The notes under the pieces: generated by a model | Told to the model about the DNA's origin: nothing | The model's database searches: none | What the model saw: only the letters and a program-made list of their open reading frames with translations | Shown here: one piece after another, positions 1 to 10,614 of the stretch | Position numbering within the stretch: position 1 is the stretch's first letter | Layout of the letters: each line of letters opens with the position of its first letter | Translations under genes and position numbers: made by a program | DNA from: an uncultured Verrucomicrobiae bacterium | Lineage (GTDB): Bacteria > Verrucomicrobiota > Verrucomicrobiia > Chthoniobacterales > UBA10450 | Reading direction: 5' to 3' | Length of the DNA: 64,000 nt | NCBI GenBank assembly: GCA_963815455.1 | Contig: CAWFGO010000005.1 | Coordinates: 128,001-192,000 of the forward strand

Positions 1-1066
1 TTGTCGGAAAATCGCCGCCCGTCTTTTGTCCCGCGCCGAGATCTGAGACCAGAATGTCCGTGCAACTGATCCCACTGGGGTCGGTCAGCAGATCGACCGG
101 GAAACAACGTCCAATCAGAATCTGGTTCAGCGCCGCGTTATCGTGGATGACGTAAACGTGTTTCACCGGCGCAGGCAAAGTAGTGAACCCGCCCATGCCA
201 TCCGGTGCGCCTAACGTTGTCGCGATCGGGCTGATCTCGTTGTTGCCCATAATGCCTTCGCCGCAGCCGACCGCGCGCGAGGTGATGTCTTTGGGCAAAC
301 CGAACTCGACGCCCGCCGTCGCGCCCGGGGCGCCTACCGCCGGCGAACGGTACATCACAAGCGTGTTGTTGCCTGGAGTTGGTGTGCCCGGACACGACGC
401 GCCGCCCGTGCCTACTTCATCATTCGTTAGGTAAATGACCCCGCCATTGGTCGGATCGCCGTCCACCGCATACCATTGTCGATCTACCACCGTGTCCGGC
501 ACGCCAGTATTGCTGCACGTGAATGTCGCGCCGAAATCGTCCGAACGCGCTGTGCTGAAATTCGCCAGTGTCAGATCGTTGAAATAAAGATGGCCGGCAG
601 AGTCGACCGCGATCTCTGTGTCCCCGCCGCCGTGACACGTCGTCACTTTTCCTTCCAATGCAAGCGCGCCCACAACCCACTTAAAAGTCTTGCCCCCATC
701 GAGCGAATGCCAAATCCAGCTCGTGTCCGCCGAAGCCGTGCCGGGTGCGCTGGTGTAAATGCGATTCGGATTTGTCGGATCGAGCCGGATTGATTCCTCA
801 AACCCCGTCCCGCCGATCCCGCTGATGATCGGATGAGCAAAGGCAGGCGTATTTGGCGCGGGTAGGCGAGGGACAAACTTGAAAATGCCCGCCGGACGCG
901 CAGCCGCAGATATTCGTTTCGCATTAGCCAACACGGCCTGCAATCCGATCTCGGGACCTTCCGCGCGCAGGACGAGAGCGGGAGCGTTCGGTTTTTGCGG
1001 CGCAAGACTAAGAGTGGCCAATCCGAATCCAGTCAACAACAGAATTGCAGCGACGAATTTTTTCAT
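1..1066 (-). CDS. Secreted BNR/Asp-box (sialidase-like beta-propeller) protein, runs off the window start
   Basis: Not in the ORF track because it has no stop in the window. ATG at 1066 gives MKKFVAAILLLTGFG (signal peptide); Asp-boxes HSLDGGKTF and RSDDFGATF; DRQW motif. Confidence 0.75.
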   Translation of the reverse strand, partial: MKKFVAAILLLTGFGLATLSLAPQKPNAPALVLRAEGPEIGLQAVLANAKRISAAARPAGIFKFVPRLPAPNTPAFAHPIISGIGGTGFEESIRLDPTNPNRIYTSAPGTASADTSWIWHSLDGGKTFKWVVGALALEGKVTTCHGGGDTEIAVDSAGHLYFNDLTLANFSTARSDDFGATFTCSNTGVPDTVVDRQWYAVDGDPTNGGVIYLTNDEVGTGGASCPGTPTPGNNTLVMYRSPAVGAPGATAGVEFGLPKDITSRAVGCGEGIMGNNEISPIATTLGAPDGMGGFTTLPAPVKHVYVIHDNAALNQILIGRCFPVDLLTDPSGISCTDILVSDLGAGQKTGGDFPT

Positions 1067-1234
1067 GGGAGTTCTCCTTCAATCCAATCGCAAGGGCGCC
1101 CTCGACAGGACGCCTCAGCGGCTAAACATCTTAGTATTTATGAGAGCTTGTTATCCACAGATTTCGCAGATTTACGCCGATTCAGGTCTTCGCCAGTTGT
1201 GTCTTCGCGATGCGCTGTTAAGAAGAAACGACTT

Positions 1235-1672
1235 ATGAACGAAACCAAGCCTCCACGCCGTAGTATTCCTCGCAGCATTATGGCGGTGCTCGCGGGATTT
1301 TTCGCGTGCGCCCTGCTCTCCATCGGGACCGATGTCGTGCTGCACGCGGCTGGCGTGTTTCCGCCTTGGGGCCAGCCGATGTCCGGTGCGCTCTTCGTGT
1401 TGGCTACGGCATATCGCACCATCTACACCGTGGCCTCAGGCTACATTACCGCGCGGCTCGCTCCGAATCGTCCGATGGGGCATGTCTGGACGCTCGGTCT
1501 CATCGGCCTGTTGGCCGCGATTGCGGGCGCGGTGGCGACGTGGGACAAAGGTCCGGAATTTGGCCCGAAGTGGTATCCGCTCGCGCTCGTGGTGCTCGCG
1601 CTGCCAAGTGTGTGGTTAGGCGGAAAGCTTGCTCAGCTAGTATCAGCCCGACGCAGACTCACACGAACTTGA
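1235..1672 (+). CDS. Small integral membrane protein (about 4 TM), hypothetical
   Basis: MNETKPPRR start inside ORF 995..1672; hydrophobic helices; GPKWYP motif. Confidence 0.75.
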   Translation: MNETKPPRRSIPRSIMAVLAGFFACALLSIGTDVVLHAAGVFPPWGQPMSGALFVLATAYRTIYTVASGYITARLAPNRPMGHVWTLGLIGLLAAIAGAVATWDKGPEFGPKWYPLALVVLALPSVWLGGKLAQLVSARRRLTRT

Positions 1673-3097
1673 TTTTCCACATCGCATGCCACGCCATTCG
1701 CAATAGGAGCAGACCATGTCGAAAGCGACTGATGTTTGTCGTCCCATACGTGCGCGCCCGATAGTGGATCGGGATTTCCATGATCTTTAGGTTCAGTTTC
1801 GCCGCGCCAAATATCAGGTCGAAATCGCCGAACGGATCGAAGTCGCCGAAATAGCTGCGATTCGCCGCGATCTTTTCGTAGTCGGACCGGAGCAAAACCT
1901 TGGTGCCGCACAGCGTGTCCTTGATTCTCTGGCCCAGCAGAAACGTGAAGGTGATGCTGAAGAACCGATTTCCCAGCAGATTCAAGAACCGCATCGCTTC
2001 ATCCTGCATCGGATAAACGAGCCGGGAACCGTGGACGAAATCGGCGGTTCCGTTGACGATAGCGTCGTAGAATTTCGGCAGTTCCTCCGGCTCAACGCTC
2101 AGATCGCCGTCCAGAATCATCAGCAGATCGCCGGTGGCGAGTCCAAAACCGTTTCGAACAGCGGCGCTTTTTCCCAGACGTCCTTGCCGGTGGAGTTTGA
2201 TGTCGCGCTGCGGATTCGCGGCCATCACTCGCTCCATTTCATTGCCCGTTCCATCGGTCGAGCCGTCTTCGATGAAAATGATTTCGGTGTGACTTCCTAT
2301 CTCCGGAATGCGCGCCACGGCCGATGCGATATTCCCGCGCTCGTTTCGACAGGGGACGACGACGGAGCAGGATAAGGCGCCGGTTTTCGCTGGCTTTTGG
2401 GCGTGCGATATCCACCCTGACCAGCGCCAGATGTTTGAACACCGGCAGGTTCACCAGGAACCGATTACAAAAAGGCGAGATAAGTGGCAGGTAGATCGGC
2501 AGAAGCAGTCTTGAATTTGATCGGATGGCTTCGAACCCGGCAAGCTCCAACAGGTTGGCCATATCCGCGGGAGTGAGCCAATTCATGAGTGGCTCTTTTG
2601 CTTTGCGTCCGATCCGTTCGGCAATGTGCAGGGCCGGTTCCCATAGGAAATGGTAATGCGTGATCAGAATGCGGGTCGATCGATGGCAAACCCGATGGAG
2701 ATTCTCCAAGCAGCGCTGCACATCGCTCAGGAAACCGATCACGTCGGATAAGCACCACATAATCGAACTTCTCATCCGTTTTCAGGTCTTCCACGTCATC
2801 CACCCGGAATTCGAGGTGCGGATATTTTCCTCTGGCGATCTCGACCATGGCCGGGCTGATGTCGATCCCCAGACCGCGCCCTGGCTTCAACGCGTTCAAC
2901 AAATGGCCCGTGCTGCAACCGATCTCCAGGACCGAAGAGCCGGGTGGAATGGAAAACGAAAGTGTCCGGGCGATTTCCTGGTGGTAGTACCAGTTTTTCT
3001 CGATCCACCGGTCGCGTGTTGCCGCGAGTGAATCAAAGTAATTAACAAGGTCTGCTCGTTCGGCCTGAAGATTGGGCGAAACCGCCATGGGTTGCAT
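1659..3097 (-). CDS. Class I SAM methyltransferase / GT2 glycosyltransferase fusion (two frameshifts)
   Basis: ORFs 2465..3097 (VLEIGCSTG), 2239..2775 and 1659..2318 (IEDGSTDGT, ILDGD, DTLCGTK) join into one known architecture. Confidence 0.85.
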
Positions 3098-3204
3098 TTA
3101 CAGCGTTCGCGCAGGCGTGGAAAGCGACTTCATCGCTCTGGTGGTTTACTTCCCTGTTTTTCCTCCTTAATTCATGACTCCTAATTCTTACTTTCTTCAC
3201 TCCA

Positions 3205-4947
3205 ATGGGACGGAAAAAATCTCTGCGACGAAACGCACCCGTGCGCCCGGTCTCGGCCAGCCACAGCGAGCGAGGCAAGGCCGTTTTTATCTGCATCTTT
3301 CTGGTGGCCAGTGTCTTCATTTTATTCGGGCAAACGCTTGGGCATGACTTCATCAACTATGACGACAACGGGTACATTACGGAGAATCCTCACGTCTTAA
3401 ACGGTCTGAATTGGCCGGACCTGAAATGGGCATTTACCACCGGTCATACCGGGTACGCCCATCCCGTTACCTGGCTAAGTCATCAACTCGACTATCAAAT
3501 CTATGGCAGCTGGGCGGGCGGCCATCACCTGACGAGTCTGATTCTTCACGCCGCCAACGCTGTGCTGTTGTTTTTGTTTTTTTGGCGAACAACGCGCAAA
3601 CTTTGGCCCAGCGCTTTCATCGCCGCGATCTTTGCCGTTCATCCGCTCCACGTGGAATCGGTGGCGTGGGCAGCGGAACGCAAAGATGTTTTAAGCGGAC
3701 TTTTGTTTCTGCTAACGCTCCATGCGTATGCGGCTTACGCGACCAAGCCGCAATTTTCTCGATATCTGCTGGCGCTCTGTTTGTTCGCGCTCGGCATCCT
3801 TTCCAAGCCCATGCTCGTGACTGTCCCGTGCGTCCTGTTGCTTGTCGATTATTGGCCGCTTCGGAGGTTCCCAAATGAGCAATCCGCAATCAGCATTCAG
3901 AAATTGCTTCTGGAAAAGATCCCGTTCGCCCTGATTGCTGTTGCCTGGAGCGTCGTCACTTTCATTCTCCAGAAAAAATTCGGAGCCGTGGCCGAGACAC
4001 AGGCTCCTATCGGTCTCCGCGCTACCAATGCGGTCGTCAGCTACGGAGCATACTTATGGAACACGCTCTGGCCGCAACATCTCACACTGTTTTATCCCTA
4101 TCCGCGGTCGTTGCCGTGGGCAGCAATGTCTGTTTCGGCGACGGTGCTTGTCGTAATTTCGGCTCTCTGCGTTGCCCGGTGGAGGAGGTCTCCCTATCTC
4201 ATCGCCGGTTGGCTTTGGTTTTTGGGAATGCTTGTGCCCGTGATCGGTTTTGTTCAGTTCGGCGAACAGGCGCGGGCAGACCGCTACACCTATCTGCCCC
4301 AGATCGGCTTAACTATCCTCGTGATTTGGGGAGTTTTGGAATTATCCGTCCGGTGGCGTCAGCGGCGTCAAATTTTAGCGGGCGCCGGTTTGTTTGTGAT
4401 CGGAGCCTTTGCCACGCTCGGTTTTATCCAGACTTCCTATTGGCGGAATAGCAAAACCGTGTGGGAGCACGCTCTCGCCAGCACATCCGGCAATTATGTG
4501 GCTGAGAATAATCTCGGTAGCGACCTGTCACACAAAGGACGGCTGGATGAAGCCGTTATCCATTTCCGGAAGGCTCTCGAAATCTCGCCAAATTATCCCG
4601 AAGCGAACAACAACCTCGGTAGTGTCCTCGCCAATGAAAAGCGTTGGTCGGAGGCAACTGGTTTTTATGAAAACGCTCTGCGCTACCGGCCCGATGATGC
4701 CAGAACTCACAGCAACATCGGAGTGAGTCTGACCGAAACCGGCAGGCTGGACGAGGCGTCCGCCCATCTTCGCAGAGCACTGCAAATCGATTCCAGCTTG
4801 GCCGAGGCTCACTTCAATCTCGCGCGCGTGTTGCTGATGTCGGGCCGGCACGACGAAGCAGTGGAAGAATTAAAGGAATCGTTGCGTCTCAAACCGGACG
4901 ACCAACAGACCAAAGCGGCCCTTCGCCAGCTCGGCGCTCTGCTCTGA
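3205..4947 (+). CDS. TMTC-like membrane protein (GT-C-type TM region) with C-terminal TPR repeats
   Basis: FINYDD, HPLHVESVAW..ERKDVL and ADRYTYLP motifs; C-terminal TPRs (ANNNLG, AHFNLA). Confidence 0.85.
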   Translation: MGRKKSLRRNAPVRPVSASHSERGKAVFICIFLVASVFILFGQTLGHDFINYDDNGYITENPHVLNGLNWPDLKWAFTTGHTGYAHPVTWLSHQLDYQIYGSWAGGHHLTSLILHAANAVLLFLFFWRTTRKLWPSAFIAAIFAVHPLHVESVAWAAERKDVLSGLLFLLTLHAYAAYATKPQFSRYLLALCLFALGILSKPMLVTVPCVLLLVDYWPLRRFPNEQSAISIQKLLLEKIPFALIAVAWSVVTFILQKKFGAVAETQAPIGLRATNAVVSYGAYLWNTLWPQHLTLFYPYPRSLPWAAMSVSATVLVVISALCVARWRRSPYLIAGWLWFLGMLVPVIGFVQFGEQARADRYTYLPQIGLTILVIWGVLELSVRWRQRRQILAGAGLFVIGAFATLGFIQTSYWRNSKTVWEHALASTSGNYVAENNLGSDLSHKGRLDEAVIHFRKALEISPNYPEANNNLGSVLANEKRWSEATGFYENALRYRPDDARTHSNIGVSLTETGRLDEASAHLRRALQIDSSLAEAHFNLARVLLMSGRHDEAVEELKESLRLKPDDQQTKAALRQLGALL

Positions 4948-5215
4948 TTCCATTGTAGCCGCCTCGCTCTGCAAGGGTGGATCGTCCGCTCCGCGGGCGA
5001 TGTTAAGCCTGTGTTCGGTCTCGTTGCACTGGCTGATTGCCGTCTTTTTTTGCCTCATTTCGCGGCTACAACGAATTGCGGATTGGATTTCGATTTGTCA
5101 GACCCTGTTAGCTTTCCCAAGCATTCTCGCGTTCTCATCCTTTCCAATCCCGACCAGGTGCGCCCGCAGGAATTGCTCTTGACATTGTTACGCCGGCTTT
5201 GAAGGTTTTGTTTCT

Positions 5216-6760
5216 ATGAAACCCCGACTAAAATTCGCACTCCTAGTTACCTCATGTCTGTTGATCTTTACGGTTGGTAAAGCTCACGCCCAAAACGCCG
5301 ACCTGTTCGCCTCCATTAATCACGAGCCGACCCCACCGTTTCTGGGGGCCATTTACGAATACACTCCGACTGGAATTCAGAGCACTTTCCTTGCGAATGT
5401 TAGCCAGCCTCGTGGGTTGGCCTTTGACTGCGCCAACAACCTTTACGTAGCAAGCAACGATTTTGATAACGATGGAAATGCGGTGGGAACAATCTTCAAG
5501 GTTACCCCGGGCGGCGTAGTCAGCACGTTTGCTACCGGGTTTGGGGTAAACTTCTTCCTTGAGAACCTTGTGTTCGACAGTTCGGGCAACTTGTTTGTCG
5601 TGGCTATTGATCAAAATGATCCAGACCTTGCCAGCACCGTTTACAAAGTCTCGCCTGCCGGCGAAGTAAGCACGTTCGGTTCCGTTCCCGGCCAAAGTCT
5701 TGACCTAGCCTTTGACAGCAAGGGTAATCTTTTTGTCGGAGATGCTATTGACCAAACCATCTTCAAGTTTACTCGGGCGGGCATGCGGAGTGTCTTCGTT
5801 GGCCCCGCTGCTTTCGACCCTCTTCAAGGGCCCGCTGGGCTTGCTTTCGACTCGTCCGGCAATCTTTTTGCGTCCGCTCCTAACGGCAACAGCGGCGACG
5901 AAATTTTCAAATTTGCTCCGAATGGGACGAAGACTATTTTCGCAACTGGCCTAACCAACAGTCCCCGAGGATTGGCATTTGACAGCGCTGGCAATCTTTT
6001 TGTGGCCGAGGTTTCGCCCCCGGGTGCTGGAAACACCGGCGATATTTTGATGTTCACGCCTGCGGGCGTAGGAAGCGTTTTCGCCGCCGGGATTGGTCGG
6101 CCCACGGGAAATGGCGGCCCGGAATTTCTCGCCTTTGGGCGTCCTTGTCAGTCGACCAGCACGATCGCGTCCAACTTCAACGGCACGCAAATCAATAGCG
6201 GCTCAACTATTTGGTTCAACAGTGTGCTTAAACCGAGTGGTCTTGGTTCTCAGCCTGTGACGTTTCGTTTTACCAACCAGACGATTAGCAGCACAAGCTT
6301 TGCTACCGTAGCCGTGCCCGATGCGGAGGTGACCTTCGATCCGGCAGCCACGACTGCTACTACGACATTCACTGGTGGCATGTGGGTGACGCGGGTGCCT
6401 TCCAGCGGCCTGGCCGGGAACACATTCTTTTCGGCTGCAAGTCTCCCGGTCACGGCAAACATCCCGGGAGGTGCTAAGAATGTCACTTGGACTGGCACGA
6501 TCGCTTCCGATACGCCCACTGCAAGTTTGCAATGGCAATGGGGTGCGGCGGTCTATACCGGCTTTAGCGCCGATTACAACGCACTCGGAGTGAAACCAGT
6601 AGATGATAACAAGGCAAGCGCCTACAAGAACTCCGACCACGCCGGCACGCCTGAAAACTTCAAAGCCTTCGTGACTGGTGGTGCTACTGGCGGCGGCGGC
6701 TCAAACTACACCGGTAGCTTGAGCGGAACGGTTAAAATTGGCCCTTGTTGTCCGCGGTAG
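5216..6760 (+). CDS. Secreted NHL/SMP-30-like beta-propeller protein with a C-terminal beta-rich domain
   Basis: Signal peptide; repeated P.GLAFDS.GNLFV blades. Confidence 0.85.
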   Translation: MKPRLKFALLVTSCLLIFTVGKAHAQNADLFASINHEPTPPFLGAIYEYTPTGIQSTFLANVSQPRGLAFDCANNLYVASNDFDNDGNAVGTIFKVTPGGVVSTFATGFGVNFFLENLVFDSSGNLFVVAIDQNDPDLASTVYKVSPAGEVSTFGSVPGQSLDLAFDSKGNLFVGDAIDQTIFKFTRAGMRSVFVGPAAFDPLQGPAGLAFDSSGNLFASAPNGNSGDEIFKFAPNGTKTIFATGLTNSPRGLAFDSAGNLFVAEVSPPGAGNTGDILMFTPAGVGSVFAAGIGRPTGNGGPEFLAFGRPCQSTSTIASNFNGTQINSGSTIWFNSVLKPSGLGSQPVTFRFTNQTISSTSFATVAVPDAEVTFDPAATTATTTFTGGMWVTRVPSSGLAGNTFFSAASLPVTANIPGGAKNVTWTGTIASDTPTASLQWQWGAAVYTGFSADYNALGVKPVDDNKASAYKNSDHAGTPENFKAFVTGGATGGGGSNYTGSLSGTVKIGPCCPR

Positions 6761-6785
6761 GATCTTAAGCTGAGTCGAAAAATCG

Positions 6786-6822
6786 AAAAGCGGACGGGAT
6801 GAGATCCCGTCCGCTTTTTTTT
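6786..6822 (+). terminator. Rho-independent terminator, probably bidirectional
   Basis: aaaagcggacgggat...atcccgtccgctttttttt hairpin between convergent genes. Confidence 0.9.
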
Positions 6823-6855
6823 GCCTTTGTCGTAGCGGTGACAACAAACGCAAAA

Positions 6856-8678
6856 CTACGGCACGGCGTGTCCCACGCTCGCTTTTACCTGAGCGAGATC
6901 CGACGCGGTGATGGTGCCGTTTACGTTGACATCGGAACGGAAATTGGCGGCGGTGACCGGTGATCCCGATCGTCCTTTGGTCTGAGCAACGTCGGAGGCG
7001 TTTACCGTTTTGTTTCCATTCGTGTCACCAATCAGCATGTTCATGCTCACCGGAGTGTCCGGCAAAACCTGCATCGAACTGTCAGTCACGTTGTTCAGCG
7101 TCACAATGATCTGCTGTTGATCCGCGACGCCGGTTAACTCCACCGTCATCGTGTTGCCGTTGAAGATGGGAACTCCCGCAACGCTCCCGGTGCCGCTCGT
7201 CACGCTCGCATTCCCGCTCACCATCGTATTATTAAATCCGACCACGATTGTGTAATCGCCGCCTCCGTTCCGGCATTCCACGCCGGCATCGCCCGTGACC
7301 GGAAGATCGACATCGAAATTGCCCGCTGCTCCATGCGTCTTTCGCGAAACCGCCGACAACAGTTGCAGCGGGACGCACGTATCCGGAGTCGGCGCCTCGA
7401 TGGCGACCGTCATGGGCGCTGCCCGTTTTGAAAAAGCCGATCGTCGCATTCGGCAGTGTGCGGCGGACGATTCGAATCGAACCGGAAATTATACAGAGTG
7501 CCAAACCGGATCGCATTCGCGTTTTGGTTTTGGGCAAACGTCTCCGTGTTCCAACTCAACGCATCGGCGGTTTGATTCGAGGTCCAGGGCGCGTTGCTGA
7601 ATCCGCCGTCTCCCAAGGTTCCATCATTGGCGATTCCGGGATGATTGAGCGGAGCGTGGAAACCAGGATTACTCACCGTGACGCCGCAGCCGATGGGCAC
7701 ACTGAACGACTCGATCGCGCGATCGAGATTCTCATTGTAAATCGCGTACTCGTAATGCCAGATCCCGGCAGACGGGTTCGTGACCTTGTAGCCAATGAAG
7801 GCGCGGCCGTCGTTTCCCGGAGCCGGCTCGATGGTGTTGATCGTCGCTCCGGTCCAAGCGGTGAGAGCAGGGGCCATTCGCACTGTCGATCCGACAGCCG
7901 AGAAAACGAAAGTCGTTGTCCCGGTGACGTTGTAACGGCGATAGGAAACATTGTTATACATGTTGCATTGCCCGGGGTGCGTCTGGCACCAGGCGTATTC
8001 ATGCGGCGTGACACATTGAACCTCGGCGTAATAAGTTGCGCCGAAGTTGAGCGCGGGGTCGAGGTCGCTCCCTTCCACTAAAATCCTGTGAGTCACACCG
8101 GTATGCGTATGGCCGGTGTGATTGTCCGGGTTCGGATTCGAACCGGGAAAAACTCCGGTAAACGGATTTACCCACGCCCGCGACCCCAAATTGTTTTGAT
8201 CCCCATCCGAACTCGCGGTCTCGCTATCCGAGCATCCTACCCCAAGGCGGGTTCCGTCCCCGTGAGGGGAACAGCCAAAACCACAGATGTTTTGCTCCAG
8301 GGCAAAGAACATGTGCTTCAGCCAGGATTGGCCCACTTGCTCGAACCGCTCGTCGTTGTTCGCGCCTCCGCTCATCCGATACAGATTTTGGGCGACCACG
8401 GGATGATCGGGATTCGGCAAGTGGAAGAAATCCAATTCCGCATTTCCGCCGTTGCATGCGGTGATGCCAAGCGCGAGCCCGACCTGCGTCCCGCTGCTGC
8501 CAAATTGCGCTAGACCGGAAACGTCGCCCACGATGATATCCGGGCCTGACGCCGGATCGTTCGGCACTTCTTTGCCAGGCGCGAACGACGCTGCCCGATT
8601 CGCCGGCGAACCGAAAGTCGAGAGCAAGGGCGCAAGGAGAATTAAAATCGCAATCGCCGCACCAAATGCTCGCTTCAT
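6856..8678 (-). CDS. Secreted Cys/His-rich protein with a C-terminal dockerin-like tail (frameshift near 7440)
   Basis: ORFs 7410..8678 and 6856..7449; tail has SRKTHGAAG..DVDLP and two Ca-binding loops (GDTNGNKTVNASD, DVNVNGTITASD). Confidence 0.8.
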
Positions 8679-8844
8679 CGGTCCCGGATTAAGGCACCGA
8701 AGACGAAAGATTTAAAGCCTAAAACTTACTTCCCTCTTAATGGTTAAGCGCTTGGCGTTTGCTTTCCGCTCTGTCGCCGTCGTCCGACATCTGATCTCGA
8801 ATATCCGATCTCCGTCGACTGGAATCCAGTGTCGATAGTAAGCT

Positions 8845-8963
8845 CTGACCCCTCCCGGGGACCCTGACCCCTCCCGGGGGACCCTGACCCCTCCCGGGGG
8901 ACCCTGACCCCTCCCGGGGGACCCTGACCCCTCCCGGGGGACCCTGACCCCTCCCGGGCGACC
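8845..8963. repeat. Tandem repeat, 6 copies of CTGACCCCTCCCGGGGGACC (first copy 19 nt, last with one substitution)
   Basis: Read directly from the sequence; no spacers. Confidence 0.95.
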
Positions 8964-9062
8964 CCGGTCAAATTATAGCTTGGACGGGCGTCTTGTCCGG
9001 CGAAAGGTAAGACCGCCGCTGAAAGCGATTTCGGCGGAGGCGGGGACCGCGTAAAGCTCGCC

Positions 9063-9202
9063 GCCAGAGCGCATTTGTTTGCAAAATATATCAGTCGTCG
9101 CGTGCCCGGGCCGATTGTGTTCAAGATCGATCATCTCCGGATCCAGAATGAATTGTCGATCTTAGCCCGAGTGATGTTCCCGACGGAGCTGGCCGGAATC
9201 TA
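9063..9202 (+). pseudogene. Internally deleted remnant paralog of gene 9939..10394
   Basis: gccagagcgcat...ccgattgtgttcaagatcgatcatctccgg.tccagaatg joined directly to gtcgatcttagcc.gag.gatgttcccga; matches about 10056-10143 and 10262-10316. Confidence 0.8.
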
Positions 9203-9252
9203 GTTGCTGATTTAAGACTTTACTGCGGCCTCAACCCGTGAACGGTAGCAAG

Positions 9253-9807
9253 ATGCGTACGTTTACCTGTTCGTTACTCCTGGCTGCTCTGACCAGCATA
9301 TCGGCATTGAGCGCTTCATTCCGCGAGGATCAAATTACGGCGCAAGAGTTGGCCCAGGAGCTCGACTTTAACACGCGAAAACTCGTCTTCACCTTCGAGG
9401 GGCCAGTTTATGCGCAAGCCGATTTTGTGCGGGTGGATTCCGGCCACGCCGTTCATTCACCAATTCCCACAGCAACCGCAAGTTCGGAGACTCCGTTTTA
9501 TTATATCCTGCGAAACTCCGAGCCGGGCATGAAGTCGGTCACTTTCAAAATCGGCAACAGCACGACGATGCGCACGAAATTCAAGTCGGTGTCGAACCCT
9601 TCAGCCCGCGTGCATGATGCCTATCCGGAGATCGTTTTGCCCGGAAAGCCAAACGCGCAAAAACCCATTTTTGTGTTCTTAAACTGGGATCCAGACATAG
9701 ATCGCGATCTAAGCCGCAACCTGCCGCCCGAAGAAATCGCGGGCAAAATGAAACAGGGATATTACCTGGCTCTTTATTTCTCGGACACGCCGTTTACAAA
9801 GCCTTAA
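9253..9807 (+). CDS. Secreted hypothetical protein
   Basis: Signal peptide MRTFTCSLLLAALTSISALSA; clean ORF. Confidence 0.7.
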   Translation: MRTFTCSLLLAALTSISALSASFREDQITAQELAQELDFNTRKLVFTFEGPVYAQADFVRVDSGHAVHSPIPTATASSETPFYYILRNSEPGMKSVTFKIGNSTTMRTKFKSVSNPSARVHDAYPEIVLPGKPNAQKPIFVFLNWDPDIDRDLSRNLPPEEIAGKMKQGYYLALYFSDTPFTKP

Positions 9808-9938
9808 TCGGTTATGCGTTAATTGCTAATCGCGCGGCGACCGCTTCCCGGACAAGATCGACATGAACCAAAAAGTGTTTCGCAGCGTGAGCGCGGCATT
9901 GACGGGTGGGCACGACGCCTGTTATTAGGACGCAACCG

Positions 9939-10394
9939 ATGCGTGCGAGAAATCTCATTGCGATGTTGGGTCTGATGACGCCGATCGTGTGCGCTGCGCA
10001 AGAGGCTTACACGCCGCAGCCTGGGTCGGCTGAGCGGCAGGCGATCTGCGACGCGGCCAGAGCGCATCTCTTTGCCAAGTACGTGACTCGCAAGCTTCCG
10101 GGCCCGATTGTCTTCAAGATCGATCATCTCCGGGTCCAGAATGGTTACTGCAACTTCGAAGCGGTAGCTCTTTTCAAGGACGGCGGCTACGTCGCTCCCG
10201 ATTACATGGCCGATATCGGTCTGAATTTCTGCCTGGGCAAATCCGGCGGCGCCTGGCGAGTAATCGTCGATCTTAGCCGGAGCGATGTTCCCGATGGAGC
10301 AGAGCTGGCCGGGATCAAACGCAGTCTTCCTTCTGATTTTCCGATCTCCCTCTTTTCGCCGACCTGGCGCGACTTGTTTAACAAATCGCCTTGA
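9939..10394 (+). CDS. Secreted hypothetical protein
   Basis: Signal peptide; YTPQPGSAERQAICDAAR N-terminal motif; remnant paralog upstream. Confidence 0.75.
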   Translation: MRARNLIAMLGLMTPIVCAAQEAYTPQPGSAERQAICDAARAHLFAKYVTRKLPGPIVFKIDHLRVQNGYCNFEAVALFKDGGYVAPDYMADIGLNFCLGKSGGAWRVIVDLSRSDVPDGAELAGIKRSLPSDFPISLFSPTWRDLFNKSP

Positions 10395-10614
10395 CACGGC
10401 GACCGCGGAAATTCTAAACAAGGGCAGGTCCTACGCCCCGTAACCGGCATACCGAAGCGAGCCGGTACTCTTCACATCGCATAATTTCACGAATCTTTAC
10501 TCGACTAAATGAGCACATGGTCTCGTCACTACACTTAACAAAAATGAATTGATGAGATGAACGCTCGAAAAATGTGGCTGTCCGCCTTTTTTGTCCCGTT
10601 GTCCTGAAAGAATT

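Noticed and set aside
5179..5207. Sigma70 promoter for the NHL gene
   Set aside because: Perfect TTGACA, but no convincing -10 box at 16-18 bp.
8845..8963. CRISPR array
   Set aside because: Units are contiguous with no unique spacers, and no cas genes are in the window.
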